Source of the DNA: Paragordius varius | Taxonomy: Eukaryota; Animalia; Nematomorpha | Length of the DNA stretch: 64,000 nt | Direction: 5' to 3' | NCBI GenBank assembly: GCA_964247055.1 | Contig: OZ176056.1 | Coordinates: forward strand, 3,782,001 to 3,846,000 | Shown: piece after piece, positions 1 through 12,819 of the stretch | Layout: every line of letters begins with the position of its first letter | How positions within the stretch are numbered: the first letter of the stretch is position 1 | The notes under the pieces: generated by a model | Databases searched by the model: none | Told to the model about the DNA's origin: nothing | The model's input: the letters and a program-made list of their open reading frames with translations, nothing else | Translations under genes and position numbers: made by a program

Positions 1-99
1 TATAATATAATATATATAATTTATATTGTAGAATATAATTCATTTTCGACACGTAAACAGTATAAAAAATGGAAATTTATTTAACAACGCAGAATAACT

Positions 100-560
100 T
101 TTATTTCACTACCATATGTACAGAACCACCGTGGCATTCCTCCCATTTTAAATCAATATGACATTGGGGTAGGGTTTTAACCAGGTCTAATAAAAACTTT
201 TTTATCAAATAATAATTGATCCCAATTAAATTATTCAGGGGTGTATAAAGTTCCATGCTAGTGTGGTAGGGTTTATATCGGCTAAATCGCAAGGAATGTT
301 AAAACCCTGAATGAACACAAGTATAACATAAAAATGGAGATTTTAAAAGTTGTATTGCGGAACATTGTTGGAAGGAATGCCATAACGTTTCTTTTGACAA
401 TGTAAGTTGCATTACGATTTCCAATAATAATCAAAGGCTTACACGAGAATCATTGGAGATTATCAAAGGAAACAACTTTAACCGAGAGGAAGGACATGAG
501 TGATATATGGAAAGTCATTCTTGATGATCGATCCCATATGGCCTCTTGTTTTCAACTCAA
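100..560 (+). mobile_element. Penelope-like element (PLE) 3' remnant: linker plus GIY-YIG endonuclease, pseudogenised, in intron 2 of the DDC-like gene
   Basis: Plus-strand translation across stops and one frameshift gives ISLPYV..ILNQYDIGVGF*P ... GVYKVPC*CGRVYIG*IARNVKTLNEHK ... KSCIAEHCWKECHNVSFDNV...RLTRESLEIIKGNNFNREEG. This is the typical PLE GIY-YIG pattern (GVYxIPCxCxxxYIG, S-A-I-A-E-H, RESxEI, NR-x-x-G). Confidence 0.85.
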
Positions 561-846
561 AGTTGTTGTCCCTTATTTAATTTTCTTGTGTGTTTTTTTT
601 CATTAGTTTTAGTAACATATGTTTGTAAATTTAATAAATTGCTTGTTCGACATGGTTTAAACCACTGACAAATTTTTTTATCTTATTATTTAACGAGAAA
701 ATCAACAATAAACTTTTTAAAAATTGTATACAAAGAACAATTTTATCCATACTCATTTATATAAATTTTTTTTAACGCTAAACGAACATACGTTATAGGG
801 TCCAAAACCGTACGCAAATAATAGTTTATAGTTTAAAATGTATTAC

Positions 847-3800
847 TTGTATGATACCTCCACCTTTCGTATTTTGATTAAATTTAAATTTGGAGGGTAG
901 GTTCATTTCTTGTGCAATCCAATCTACCATAATCATTTCTAATTCCGTGAATGCAGGACATGATGACTATTATGATAAAATAAATATGATTAATTTTTGG
1001 ATTGAATTGATGATAAAATTATTAAATCAGTTAAAAGGGTCATACTCTATACAAAGCAATCTCCGAACAAAAATATTTAAACAATTGATTATGAATATTT
1101 TTGATTAGAACGGACTATATATGCAAAAAAGACAAAATAACATAAAAAACCATTTCTAAATAATCTATGTTAACGGTATTAAGTTGTTTAGTTATTATAA
1201 TAATTTATATTAGAAGAAACCACAATTATAATCAAATCAATTTCGTGAAATTTGTAAAAAGCTTTAAAATATATAAAACATGTATCGAGACAAAATGCTG
1301 GTTTATTCACACTTTATTGACCAATTGACAACACAGTAGTGTATGGTAAAAACAAAAAATGTGAATAAACAAGTTATATACGATAAAATTGTTCATTCAA
1401 CATTTAATTATTTTTTATTTCAATTTGCAAATTTATACTCATAACTTAGTAAAGATATTTCTTATACATTTATAAATCCGAGCTTTTGACAAGCTCTAGA
1501 TAAAATTGTTTTATATTTAATTTGATTTTTACAGTTTTGTGCTTAATATAAGTTTCATGCGCCTTGCCGGATTTTTAGAGTCAAAATACGATCCGCGAAA
1601 CCATCTATGTTGGGCAATCCTGAATTAAAATGTTTAAGGTGCTAGCGTTATAATGCTCTCTGATAAACTATTGTGAAATTAAATTTTTTGATTCAAAGGT
1701 GAAACTTATTTAGTTTTTTCATACTTGCAACATTTTTAATAAAATCTATTTTGTATATTATATCTTTAATTTTTAATTTTTGCATTCAGCATCAACTTTT
1801 TTCCCGAACAATATGTTTTAATTTTTATTTTTTAACACTTCGGATTGTGATATTTAAAAATTTCAGACTATATTTAAGTTAAACTTCTGAAAAAAACGGT
1901 TCCAATTAAAATTTAAGCTTCGATCTTAAAAGTATATTTTAAATACGCTAAAATATCTAAATAAAATTTTGTCTTAAAGAAAACGTGGCATCTCAAACTA
2001 CTTCAACGCCATTTTATTTCGCAACATTTTCCCCAAATTATCGTGTTTTGATTATAAGGCTAAAAGAGAAAGTGGTTTATATTGCATTATTTCTAGGTAA
2101 TGTTTTAATTGAGATTTATCCGGGATATTTTTTATATTTCGATCAATGTTATATAAATGTTTTACGGTTTTAATTTGCTCCCTATTTTTAGACATATTTG
2201 ATTTTAAAGGCTTGGGCTAAAGATCCCAATATAAGGATTGAAATGAATATCCTATATTCAAATATTAATATAAATTGTAAATATAGTTAAGACTTTTTGG
2301 ACTAGTTTAATACTCCAGGGCCATATAATATTTAAATATCCAAATTTTTTAGCATCGGGCCAAATTTAAAAATATGCTTTCTTTAGCCTTTTAGGCACAT
2401 GATTTAATATTTTTTAAATATGTTAAATTGTAAAAAAATTCTCATCTCAAACTCGCTAACCGCAATTTTTCTTCTTTTTTGGTCGTGAATATAAGCCGCA
2501 AATAAATCTGTATAATGGTCAAAAATATAAATTATTAAATTTGGCTATCCTTTAAATAAGATTTTGCCATAATTCGATGAATGAGTTGCATTATCGAGTT
2601 TCGGAATTTGCGACCATCAAACTTATACAGCCATAAAAAATTAGTTTTTTATCTTATAAAATAGGTGATAATTAAATTTTAATAAATCAACTTTTAAAAC
2701 AGTAGATTTACTATTTTAAGCTTTGGGGTTGAAAACTACCCTGATATGTCATAGCGTACAAAATAAAAAATTGATGAGGTGTTTAACAAATATAACTTAT
2801 TATTGGTATATTAGATAGTTTAAAACAAAGAAAATTGTTTAAAAAATTGTTATTGACAACAAACCTAAGTAAAACACTATAATAAGTCATCAAGTTAAAA
2901 CAATAAGAACTAATATAGAGTCTTAAACCACTACAGAAAACACGTTAATCAAAAAATTGATCAAATATGTTAACACTGTTTAATTCCTATAAATCAGAAG
3001 TCATTAAATCTTAGCCGTTTATATATTTTATTTTTACGCACCGAATTTTTAACAATACTTTTAGATCTTATATTGTAAATTAAAGGAGAATTTGACAATA
3101 ATTTTCAAAAAACAGCTGTTTTTTAAATGACCGTGGTCAAAAAATAAGTTTCTAACCTGATCATGACTCGGTATTTTTTTACCCTTTATCTTAATTATTT
3201 TTGCCCAACCAAATAAATCTAAAATATTTTAGGTTATAATTTTTCACAAATCTCTAAATTAAAAAATTCATTCCATTAGAATTCACAACCAACACTAAAA
3301 TAGTACTGTTTTTATCTAAATAGCCAATTTAAATTTAATGGTTAAAATGTAAAATCTAGGAAATTATTACCAATAAAATTTTGTAATAAAAATATAATAT
3401 TTTTCAACAATACTAATTTTACAAAAATGTATGTTTAAATAAATTCTATTAAAAAATATTTTATAATCATGATTTGGAGGTATATAAAATTTGAAGAATT
3501 TGCACGTATACCCAATGAAAAGCTACGCAACCAAATCCATCCGATAATAGATTAGCATACAAAGAGGGATGTGAATAACCGATTGGGTAAAACCCATGAA
3601 ATTTTGGACTTTGCCAGTGGACCATCCCAGGTAATATATTTTGCCTAAGGTCATCCATAAGGGATTCTAAGCTTCTAGCTTCCTCATTAGCTTTGTCGGA
3701 TATTATGGATCTCATGTACAATGGTTTTAACTGATCAAAATTTGGTTTAACAGATAAATCACGTATATTATTGTGATAATCTTGTAAAAATTTCAATAAT

Positions 3801-3868
3801 TTTGAACCATTTTCCAGGAATTTGGGGTCATACCATCGATCCACTTTATCGGAAGAATTATTTTGCAT
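847..3868 (-). CDS. DDC: Aromatic-L-amino-acid decarboxylase family (DDC/TDC/HDC-like, group II PLP decarboxylase); exons 3868-3512 and 966-847, gene continues beyond the left edge
   Basis: Exon 1 contains ...ILPGMVHWQSPKFHGFYPIGYSHPSLYANLLSDGFGCVAFHW| followed by a GT donor at 3511. Exon 2 (AG at 968-967) reads SSCPAFTELEMIMVDWIAQEMNLPSKF...GGGIIQ| with GT at 846, matching DDC 'AASPACTELE..MDW..........GGGVIQ'. Both junctions are phase 0. Substrate class (DDC vs TDC vs HDC) is not determinable from this part. Confidence 0.9.
1836..2264 (-). mobile_element. Older, diverged copy of the TTAA-flanked MITE family
   Basis: Begins TTAA|CACTTCG and ends with a degraded 'aggattgaaatgaatatcctatattcaaatattaa'; internal blocks are colinear with the copy at 35167-35741. 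Confidence 0.65.
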
Positions 3869-4969
3869 TATTTGGTAAGCAAAAAAACTAGTATTTATTA
3901 TTTTCGTTAATATTAAGTATATTTTTGTAAAACAATATTAAACTCTCGTAAACATTAGTCCTTAACTTTAAAGTTGTTGCTTAATAATTTTTATTTTTAT
4001 AACCATAACAAAACATCAATTTACATAAAGTTGTATATTTTTAAAACTAAGCGTTATAAAGTAATAAAGTGTTTATTAACTGACTGGTTGGCAACTAAAG
4101 GTAATTAAAATTAAAATTTATGTGTAAATCCTTGAAAATTTACATTTTGCATGATTTTGCAAATAATACTTTTTTGGTAATATAGTTTAAATAGTTATTT
4201 TTAACTTAACTTTTTTCTATATAATAGTAGAGTTTCAGGGGTATCTGTCACGCGGCTCTTTGAAATATTTATCCTATCTAAATATGAGAATAAACTAATA
4301 AATATAACATTGTGTAATGAAAAAGATGCAATTAAGAAATTCTGAATTCATAAATATAGGGTGGGGTGATAAAAAAGTGCCACTTGACTTGTAAGCCAAG
4401 CGTGGCAAGTTGAGTAAGATTACTTAAGCCAGCAAGTATGCATTTGAAGATCGGTGATAAAAAATCACTTAAGTCAAGTTTTTTGCTTATGAATGTAACA
4501 TTTTTTTACCACCCAATTAAAATTATGGTAGAAATATTTTAAAAATACAACGAAAATTTTAAGGCAACAAAAGAATGAACACCCAATACAATATGTATTT
4601 ATTGAATTAAACTCAAAGTTAGATATGTTAAAATAATAAATATTAATATTTTTTTTAATAAATAAACCGGATACCTATAGTTTTTAAGGAGATTAAACCA
4701 TTCGCCCTTCAAACACTCATATTATTTTACTACAAGTTTAACATAATACAGGATAATACATATATAATTATAGATTATATGTTAATTATTTATTGTAAAA
4801 AATACCAATCTCACAAAATAACAATTGCGCCAAAAAAATTTAATTTAAGATATTTTAGGGGCGATATATAATATAGGATTTAACTCCTAAATCACGAATA
4901 AACATGTGATATATATATAAAAACAACTTACATAATTCAAGTAAAAATCTATATTTATAAAAATGGAAA

Positions 4970-5370
4970 ATGCTGGCTTTGTGATCTGTTTCCGGAAAAC
5001 CGGTAGACCCATTCAAATCCAAATATCAAAAAAATATAATCATTAATGAATGCCCCAACAATAGCTTCGCCCTTTTTTTGAAATCGGCCCCCAGTTCGGG
5101 CCCACCCCGTGTAAAAAACGGTTTTTTATGAAGTCCACAAAAATCGTGTCTTTGAGAGAAATTTCCGGAAAACGTGTTGGACCATTCAATTTCAAAGATG
5201 ATTTTTGTTTACTTATTTTCGATAGCGCCGAACATAGTCGTCTCGCCTTTTTAATTTAGGCCCTCCTTTTACCCGCTCCCCCCGTAAAATGCCATTTTTT
5301 CAAAAAACAAAGTCCACAAAAATAATTTTTTGAATCTATTTTTCGCCAAAGATATGAGACCGTAAAAATT
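4970..5370. repeat. Degenerate tandem repeat of about 190 bp, 2-3 units
   Basis: Recurring blocks 'cgcc(c)ttttt..ggccc', 'aagtccacaaaaat' (about 5131 and 5310) and 'tttccggaaaac....gaccattcaa' (about 4989 and 5163). Confidence 0.5.
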
Positions 5371-8300
5371 TAATAACGATTCTACGTATTCCCTGTTAAA
5401 AGGCAAACAGAAAAATTTATATAAAAGATAATTTTTCTTTTAGTTGCCTCTTTCGTTTCCAAGTAGTAAAATCTCATTTATATTATATTTTACGGATTAA
5501 ATAAATTGCATTACATAAATTATCATAAAATTAATTCCATTAAAATCTGTATTGTAAATTCGCCTGGAGTTACAATTATTTTTTAATCATTATTGTTGAC
5601 CATATCATAAGATCAATTCATATGCAACGAAAATCAATGTCTATTATTTTTATATATATAATTTCCATATTATAGAATTTATTAGAATATTTACATGTAT
5701 GTATTTGAATATGAATATATTTAGTTTAATATATGTATATTTTAAAGAGTAAAATTTATATGACTGTGCTGTCTTATCTATGGTTAGGTTGCAACGTTTT
5801 AGGCTTTCAAAAAGAGGGGGGTGTGCTCATAAGATATTTATGCCCCGGGCGCCGCAAATACTCGGTGCGCTACTGCACCTGTTAGTGGCCAAGACATTAA
5901 AATAAAACATTTTTCATAATTTTTGTTCATCATCTTTATATTTAAAAGTGTCCACCCTACTTGTTAAGAATTATAATAAGCAATGCTTCCTCAAAATTTT
6001 AATAAAAAATAAATTTTTCAACTAATTATAGTTTTTTTCATTTTTTATATCATAATATACCTACAATATATTAAATATCTTATCACAAATTATCGGCATT
6101 TTACAATTATTTTAAAAACTGGCCCTTTTGAGGTAATTTAAAATTTAAGATTATCAGAGCCGTCTAAAAATTATTATAAAAATATGTTTTAAGTATACCA
6201 ACAATTTAAATCCATCCCTGAAAAATTTAAATTCACCCTAAAAACAAATTATGTGTTTTCGGGCTAATAAAACTCATTATTAATGCGAAATACTTTTGCT
6301 TTAATTTATTTTTTTTCAGTCTAAAAAATAGATATTTTATTTTAGAGTGAATTTGAATTGCAAATCGTATATTTCTGATACTTTTTGATGATAATTTTTG
6401 TCATTTATCTTTCAAGAGTATATTGTGCGCATATATTTTTGCAAAACTAAGGGGCCCATGAGTTTCGGATGACATAGGACATGTAAAACGATTTTTGATA
6501 TAAATTAAATACCATATGTATAATTTTTTAAATACTCTTAAGGCGAAAACCAAAAGAACTATGAATATTCTTATGCATTTTTCTACAAAATAAATTTATT
6601 TACAATATTTTTTTACCGATTTCGACTGTGTTAAATAAACCAGATACGGTAAACATTTTTCGTTGTGGATAGGTATAATTTAAACAGCTTGCTTTTTTAT
6701 TTAGGCATATTTAGCGCTTCCAATTTTCCGTAATCTCAAGATATATCTTATTTAACTGAATCGCACGAGAGATCTTTTCGAATTTACACATTATATGTCA
6801 ATATATAATTTTTTGTACAAGATACTTCCGACAATGCCAAGCGCTCATCCTTACTATCTAAAATGGTGTTCATCTCACATATCAAAACTTTTTGATATAG
6901 TTCAATATTAAGCAGACATGTTTTAATAATTGTAAGTCATACAATGTGTTAATCATGTATCATTTAGAGCAAGAGTGTCAACAGAAATAGCTTTACGGGC
7001 CGCATTTTTGGATCGAAAAATCCGACGGACCGCATTCAAATAAGAAATTATTTCAATCCTAAGGATAAAAATACTATTTATTTTTACAATTTTTATAAGT
7101 TCAATACCGAAATTCGTAGAACCTAGTTCATAAAATATATTTCAGAAAATGATTTTTACTTTGATTTTCTGTATTAAAAATTTATAGCGGGCTGCACAAA
7201 TATTTAGGAGGGCCGGGTGTTGAACACTATTAAAGAAAAAATCATGCTCATACACTACATGTAAGAATTGAAATAGTACTTTTGAAACTATTTATTAAAA
7301 AAGTGTTATTCTTATTTAAATTTGCAAATTAGGGGTCATGTCATATATAAAATTAAAAAATATATAATCTATTAGGAAAAACAGTTATTGTGGTAATCAA
7401 AAATAGTTGTTGGCATTCTTAAATGGGCTAAAAGTTCATGATTTTTGGATAGATAGGATTGGAATCATCGAATTATATAGAAAGAGTATTTTTATATGTT
7501 AAAGCGTTTTTATACCGTTTTCATCATGCCATAGTATGAGGTAGGCTTCAACAAATATATGCCAAAAATTTAAATTTTGAAAGAAATATGCATTTTTTGA
7601 ACATATTTTTGTTGATATTAAAATTTAGCATATAAATATTTTTATCGCGCAATCTTGGCGTTTTTACGCATATTCGAGAACTAACCCAATTTACAAGAGC
7701 GAAAAATTTGGACTTTCGAAGTCATAATTTTTTTATATTGTTTTGCTTTATATGTGTAGTTATAGTTTATGATTAATGTTGGTGTTATTTTTTGTATTTA
7801 AGCCTTTAGTTTTAACAAAAAAATAAATTTTTAAAAGATGCGCAATTTGACCTTTTTCTTCTATGAAGCATATACATGTAAAGTGATTACAACTTGTTTA
7901 AATTACCCCTAAGAGCCAAAACCTTAAGTACCTAGATAATCCTGATACATTTTCCAACCAAAATATATATAATATTAGTAAACTTTTTGTGGATAGTGAA
8001 ATATAATATTAGATATAAAATTACTAAAATATAAAAATAAAATTACAGCTTTCAGTAAAAGCTCTTTTGTGGTGTGGTCCTATAACATGTTAAAATTATC
8101 GACACCACAGACAAAAATTATGAAAACGAATTTTCAAATTTCAATTAAGTATATACATATATATATATATATTAAAAAATTATTATAAAAAAAATAAGCG
8201 GGAAAATGCTACGAGGAACAAATTTCAACATTTTGACAAGATATCTAAGGTACATGAAAATAGATAATTAGCTTAAATTTATAATTTAAAAACTAATCTT

Positions 8301-8466
8301 TTGAGAATTATTTTCCAATTTATTATTTAATCTACAATAATATTAGATTTAGATGCATACAACATATGTATTGAATAATATATGACCAATAAATTTTTTA
8401 ATAATTTTGACAAATAAATTAGAAATGTAGACTAGATGATGGGATGAAAACGGTAAACATATATGA

Positions 8467-9496
8467 TTAAATTATAGTATTTGGATTCCAACACCATCGT
8501 TTATCCTTATTAAGACCATCCAATTCAGCCATATCTTCGCTATCAAGTTCAAAATCAAATAAATGGATATTATCTTTAACATGTGTCGAGTTACTCGATT
8601 TTGGTATAATAACAACGCCATGTTGCAAGGGCCATTTTAAAAGGACCTGAAAAATATTACAAAATAAAGATAAAAGTCATATTGGATATTTGATAAATTT
8701 TACGAAAAATTTGTCTATATGCAGTATGCACATTAATGTTGGTCAAACATTATAACAAACATTATAATCATTAATTGGTAATATACCATCTGTAAAACAC
8801 GTATTATCCAAATTAAATAAAATTAAATATTGTAAGATGGGAAAAAATGGCTACTGTATTGCCAATTTACCAAAAGATGCGAATTCAACTACACTAACAC
8901 GCATACTGTATGTGTTAAACACTTTAAACGTTATGTAAACGATACTTTTGCCGTTGTAACTTTGTGTTTATCGGCTATTGATTTAATAGTTGGATCAGCC
9001 ATTAGCTCTTTGAATCCTACGGCTGAACCCAGAGAAGAATATGCCTCAAATTGTATACCATTCTGCTTGCAGTAATCCAACAAATCCTTAGTATAAAGGT
9101 AAGGATGAAATTCACATTGATTAACAGCAGGTTTTATTTTAACAGCATTATCATTCATCATGGGTTCAAGATGTTTAATCATGTAATTACTAACACCTAT
9201 GTTTTGAAGCTTACCTTCTTTCTGAAACCTTTCCATAATGGCCCAACTCTCTGCTCGATTAGTTATGTTTTGTCGATCGTTACCGTCCAAACCCTTTGTG
9301 CCAGGCCAATGAATGATAAGTAAATCGAGATAATTTAATTTCAAAGCTTTAAGTGATTCCTCTATTGCGGCCGTCGCCTTTTCACCCTGATTGTAAGTGG
9401 CTAAATTAATATAATTATTTCCTATTTTTTAAAATGGCGAAAAAAAATCGTGTTTTTTCAAAAATACCTCCTTAAAAATAATATAATTTTTATTCT

Positions 9497-9533
<37 letters not shown>

Positions 9534-10023
9534 AACCGTACCTCCTGATGATACCTATGGCAAAACTTTGAAAAACAATAATTTATATTTTATTTCAACT
9601 TTATTTACGACAATTTTCACATCATTTAGATTTCACCTCGTCTGACAAAACTATGTTAAAATAAGGAAAACGTTAAATAATTCTGCCAACAACTCAAAAC
9701 AAAACTTACATATAATATATTTAATACTTACCCAATTTAGTGGTAATAAATATATCTTCACGCTTAAGGTTATGCTTAGGAAGTAATTTTTCAAGGGCGT
9801 TCCCAATATACTTTTCATTTTCATACATTTGAGCAGTATCTAAAAAATTAAACTTTTATACCTATTGCCCTATAACCGGCTTCAAAAGCAGCATCAATAA
9901 CATCGAATATTGTTTTTTCATCTTTTATCAAATATGTCCCAACTATACAACTTTTATATATTATATACGTCCAACACAAGGCATTTCATGTCCGGACCTA
10001 AGTTTTACCGTTTTGCTTTGCAT
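8467..10023 (-). CDS. Aldo-keto reductase (AKR superfamily), 292 aa, 5 exons: 10023-9969, 9942-9862, 9839-9732, 9400-8946, 8646-8467
   Basis: Spliced product is MQSKTVKLRSGHEMPCVGLGTY...GYRAIDTAQMYENE...DIFITTKL...YLDLLIIHWP...IGVSNY...PAVNQCEFHPY...AYSSLG...VLLKWPLQHGVVIIPKSS...DFEL. The D-Y-K-H catalytic tetrad is intact; exons total 879 nt (293 codons); all four introns are GT-AG (26, 22, 331, 299 nt). Confidence 0.95.
9502..9530. repeat. (TA)n microsatellite; similar tracts at about 28601-28624 and 51248-51280
   Basis: Directly visible uninterrupted TA runs. Confidence 0.95.
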
Positions 10024-10283
10024 GATGACTTGCTAAATAATTTTCAATCCATTTGATATGCCACATTATCATTGAATCCTGATTAATTTGAAATAAAACA
10101 CCATCACTTTGACGCGTAAATGTAAACGAGGTGCTCACGAAAAAATTTTGACTAACTCTTGTGCGAATTTTTTAACCTATAATTCTTCTTTTTTGTGTAA
10201 ATAAATTTCTCATCAAATTTTACGCTGCCATTTTTCCTTTAGATTTTTTTAAAACGCTAATAGAACAGGTTAATAATGTTTAT

Positions 10284-11444
10284 TTGATTCATTTTTTAAG
10301 CTACGTATTCTTCAATGATATGCGCATCAAAACCGAAATGCTCAAGTTGCTTTATATTGGTATCCATATATCATGGATTCAACGAGTTTTAAGCAATTTT
10401 TAATATTTTTTAATTCATAAAATTCATCTCATTAGATAAAAATGTTTAATGATTGTCTATTATTACATTAATCTCCGGGGTAAATTCCATAATTCTTTAT
10501 ATAAAAAGAATACAAAAAGTGATAAATATAGGAGTGTTGTTGGTGGTGTTAAGTCTATTTTTAAGTCTATTAGTAAACTGTATCAAATACTTAAGAGAAA
10601 AGGGGGAGCGTAAAAAACCTACTCTATCGATTCCGCATTCTTTCTGTTATCTTTTATAATTAATAGAATTTCATGTCTTAAAACAAAAAATTTATTAAAT
10701 AGTTTGCTAAGGCTTAGCCATCTTACCGCGGTGTGCAAAAGAATATCATCAAACTCACTGTAGATAATTTTCAGAAGGTTTTTTACGGTGGTTGAATTCT
10801 CTGCCACGGATGTGGTTAACTATATTAACAAATTTTAATTACTGAATTGAGTGATTCACTTTTACAGGCGAAACCAAGTTTTGCAGATGAATAAAGGAGG
10901 GAAAGGATAAATATTTTGCAAATTATATTTGTTTTTCAAAAGAAAAATAAATTCTTTGTTTATTCCAATCATGAATTTATGTTTATATATTATGTAAATC
11001 TATATATTCATAAAATAGGAATATTTGAATTATTCCATAAAAAAATAGGTTGAAATTTAATGCTGTTGATTTGAAAAATATTTTATGGGAATGAGTTAAA
11101 AAAAATGATGCAGGATAGCAATGAAAAGAATATGTATATGCAAGTTTATGCTTAAATACAAAAAAGAGATGTAAAAATTTCAAAATAGAAAAGAAAATAG
11201 TATGCAGAAACAGACAGAAAGTGTGCCAAAATTAAATCATTTTATCGTAGAGCAATTCTACATTTTAAATTGGGTAAAAAATAAAAATTATCATAATAAA
11301 TTAATATTAAAATAAGCGTTCGTTTATGTGTAATTTAAAAATTCATCAATAAAATATAATTTAAGTATCAATTTGGTCATAGGGCAATTTTAAATCACTC
11401 TTAAGGCCGCATGTAACCCGTGGGCCGCGGTTATAGTACCACTG
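10284..11444 (-). mobile_element. hAT (Buster/SPIN/GTF2IRD2-like) transposon remnant, internally deleted and truncated at one end
   Basis: ORF 10619-10807 has 'EFDDILLHTAVRWLSLSKLFNKFFVLRHEI' (the hAT LH..VRWLS motif). Terminus is 'ggccgcggttatagtaccactg' at 11444. Colinear with 57470-59242. Confidence 0.85.
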
Positions 11445-11479
11445 ATGTAGACTGTTTGTCAAATTATTGTTAGAAAAGT

Positions 11480-12790
11480 TTTACATAATACGTCTAGCAA
11501 GATCTGTTCCAAATTAATTCACAACTGAATAACAACTCCACTCCATCGATCTTGTTACTAAAATTGCCGTTTTGGTGATGAGTGGATGTAAAACACAACA
11601 AATAATATGATAACGTATGTAAATGGTTATATCAAAAAAGCTAGAATTGCCTAGCAAAATCCACTTCTAATTTATTCTTATCTAGAATATAAGTAACTTA
11701 CAATCCTTCTATCTTTTTACGGAAAATCGACGGCTTCGCTGATGAGTGGATATGAAACACAATAGAACGTTAAGGTTTATAGTTACAAAAAAAAAATTAG
11801 CCTTGTCTTATATTAAACCGTCTCGCAAAATCTGTTTCCAATTTATTCTCCTTTCGAATAACACCAACATTCACTCCATCTATCTTGTTACTGAATATTG
11901 GCGGTTTTGGTGATAAGTGGATGTAAAACACATTAAATAATACGATAACGTATGTAGATAGTTATATCAAAATCAAGCTGACCAACTTACATTAAATCGT
12001 CTAGCTTGGTTTCCAATTTATTCTCAACTCATAACAAAAATATCTTGTTACAGAAAATTGGCGGCTTCAATGATGAGTGGGTGTAAAATACAATAAAACC
12101 CTAAGTTTGATCGTTATAAGAAAATTAAATAAGCCAAGTCTAACAATAAACCGTCCATCAAAATCTATTTCCAATCAAATTTCAACATGAATAACAACGG
12201 ATTTCAGTCCATCTATCTTGTTATTAAATATTGGAGGTTTTGGTGATAAGTGGATGTGAAACACAATATAAGGTCATTATTACAATAAAATCAAATTAGC
12301 CAAGCTTTCATTAAACCGTCTAACAAATCTGTTTCCAATTTATCCCCAACTCGAATAAAACCAACATTCACTCCATCTATCTTGCTACTGATTATTGGCG
12401 GTTTTGGTGATGAGTGGATGTAAAACACATAGAATGTTAAGGTCATCGTTAAAGGAAAATTAAATTAGCTAAGCCTTACATTAAACCGTCCAGCAAAATT
12501 GTGTTCAATTTTATTCTCAACTCAAATAACAGAAACTTTCCCTCTATCTTGTTACGGAAAATTGGTTACTTTGTGATGAGTGAATGCAAAACACAATAGA
12601 ACTTTTAGGTCATCGTTACAAAAAAAACAAATTAGCCAAATTACATTAAACCGCCCGCATCTGTTTCCAATTTATTCTCAACTCATAACAAACTCCATCT
12701 ATCTTGTTACTGAAAATTGACGGCTTCGGTGATAAGTGTTAAAACACAATAAAAGGCTAAGTTCGATCCTTACATGAAAAACGTAGAAAC
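11480..12790. repeat. Tandem array of 8 units of about 156-173 bp
   Basis: The anchor 'gat(g/a)agtg' occurs at 11577, 11741, 11912, 12072, 12245, 12409, 12575 and 12731; shared blocks include 'ccaatttattctc', 'ctccatctatcttgttac' and 'aaaacacaat'. Confidence 0.9.
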
Positions 12791-12819
12791 AGACAAATAT
12801 TTTTTTTTAAAAATACATC

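Noticed and set aside
890-1108. Plus-strand 72-aa ORF
   Set aside because: Overlaps the DDC-like exon 2 on the opposite strand; no independent coding signal.
11738-11760. Hammerhead-like CTGATGAG...GAAAC in one unit of the 165-bp array (retrozyme hypothesis)
   Set aside because: Only one of eight units has CTGA, stem II cannot form (GTGGATAT), and stems I and III do not pair convincingly.
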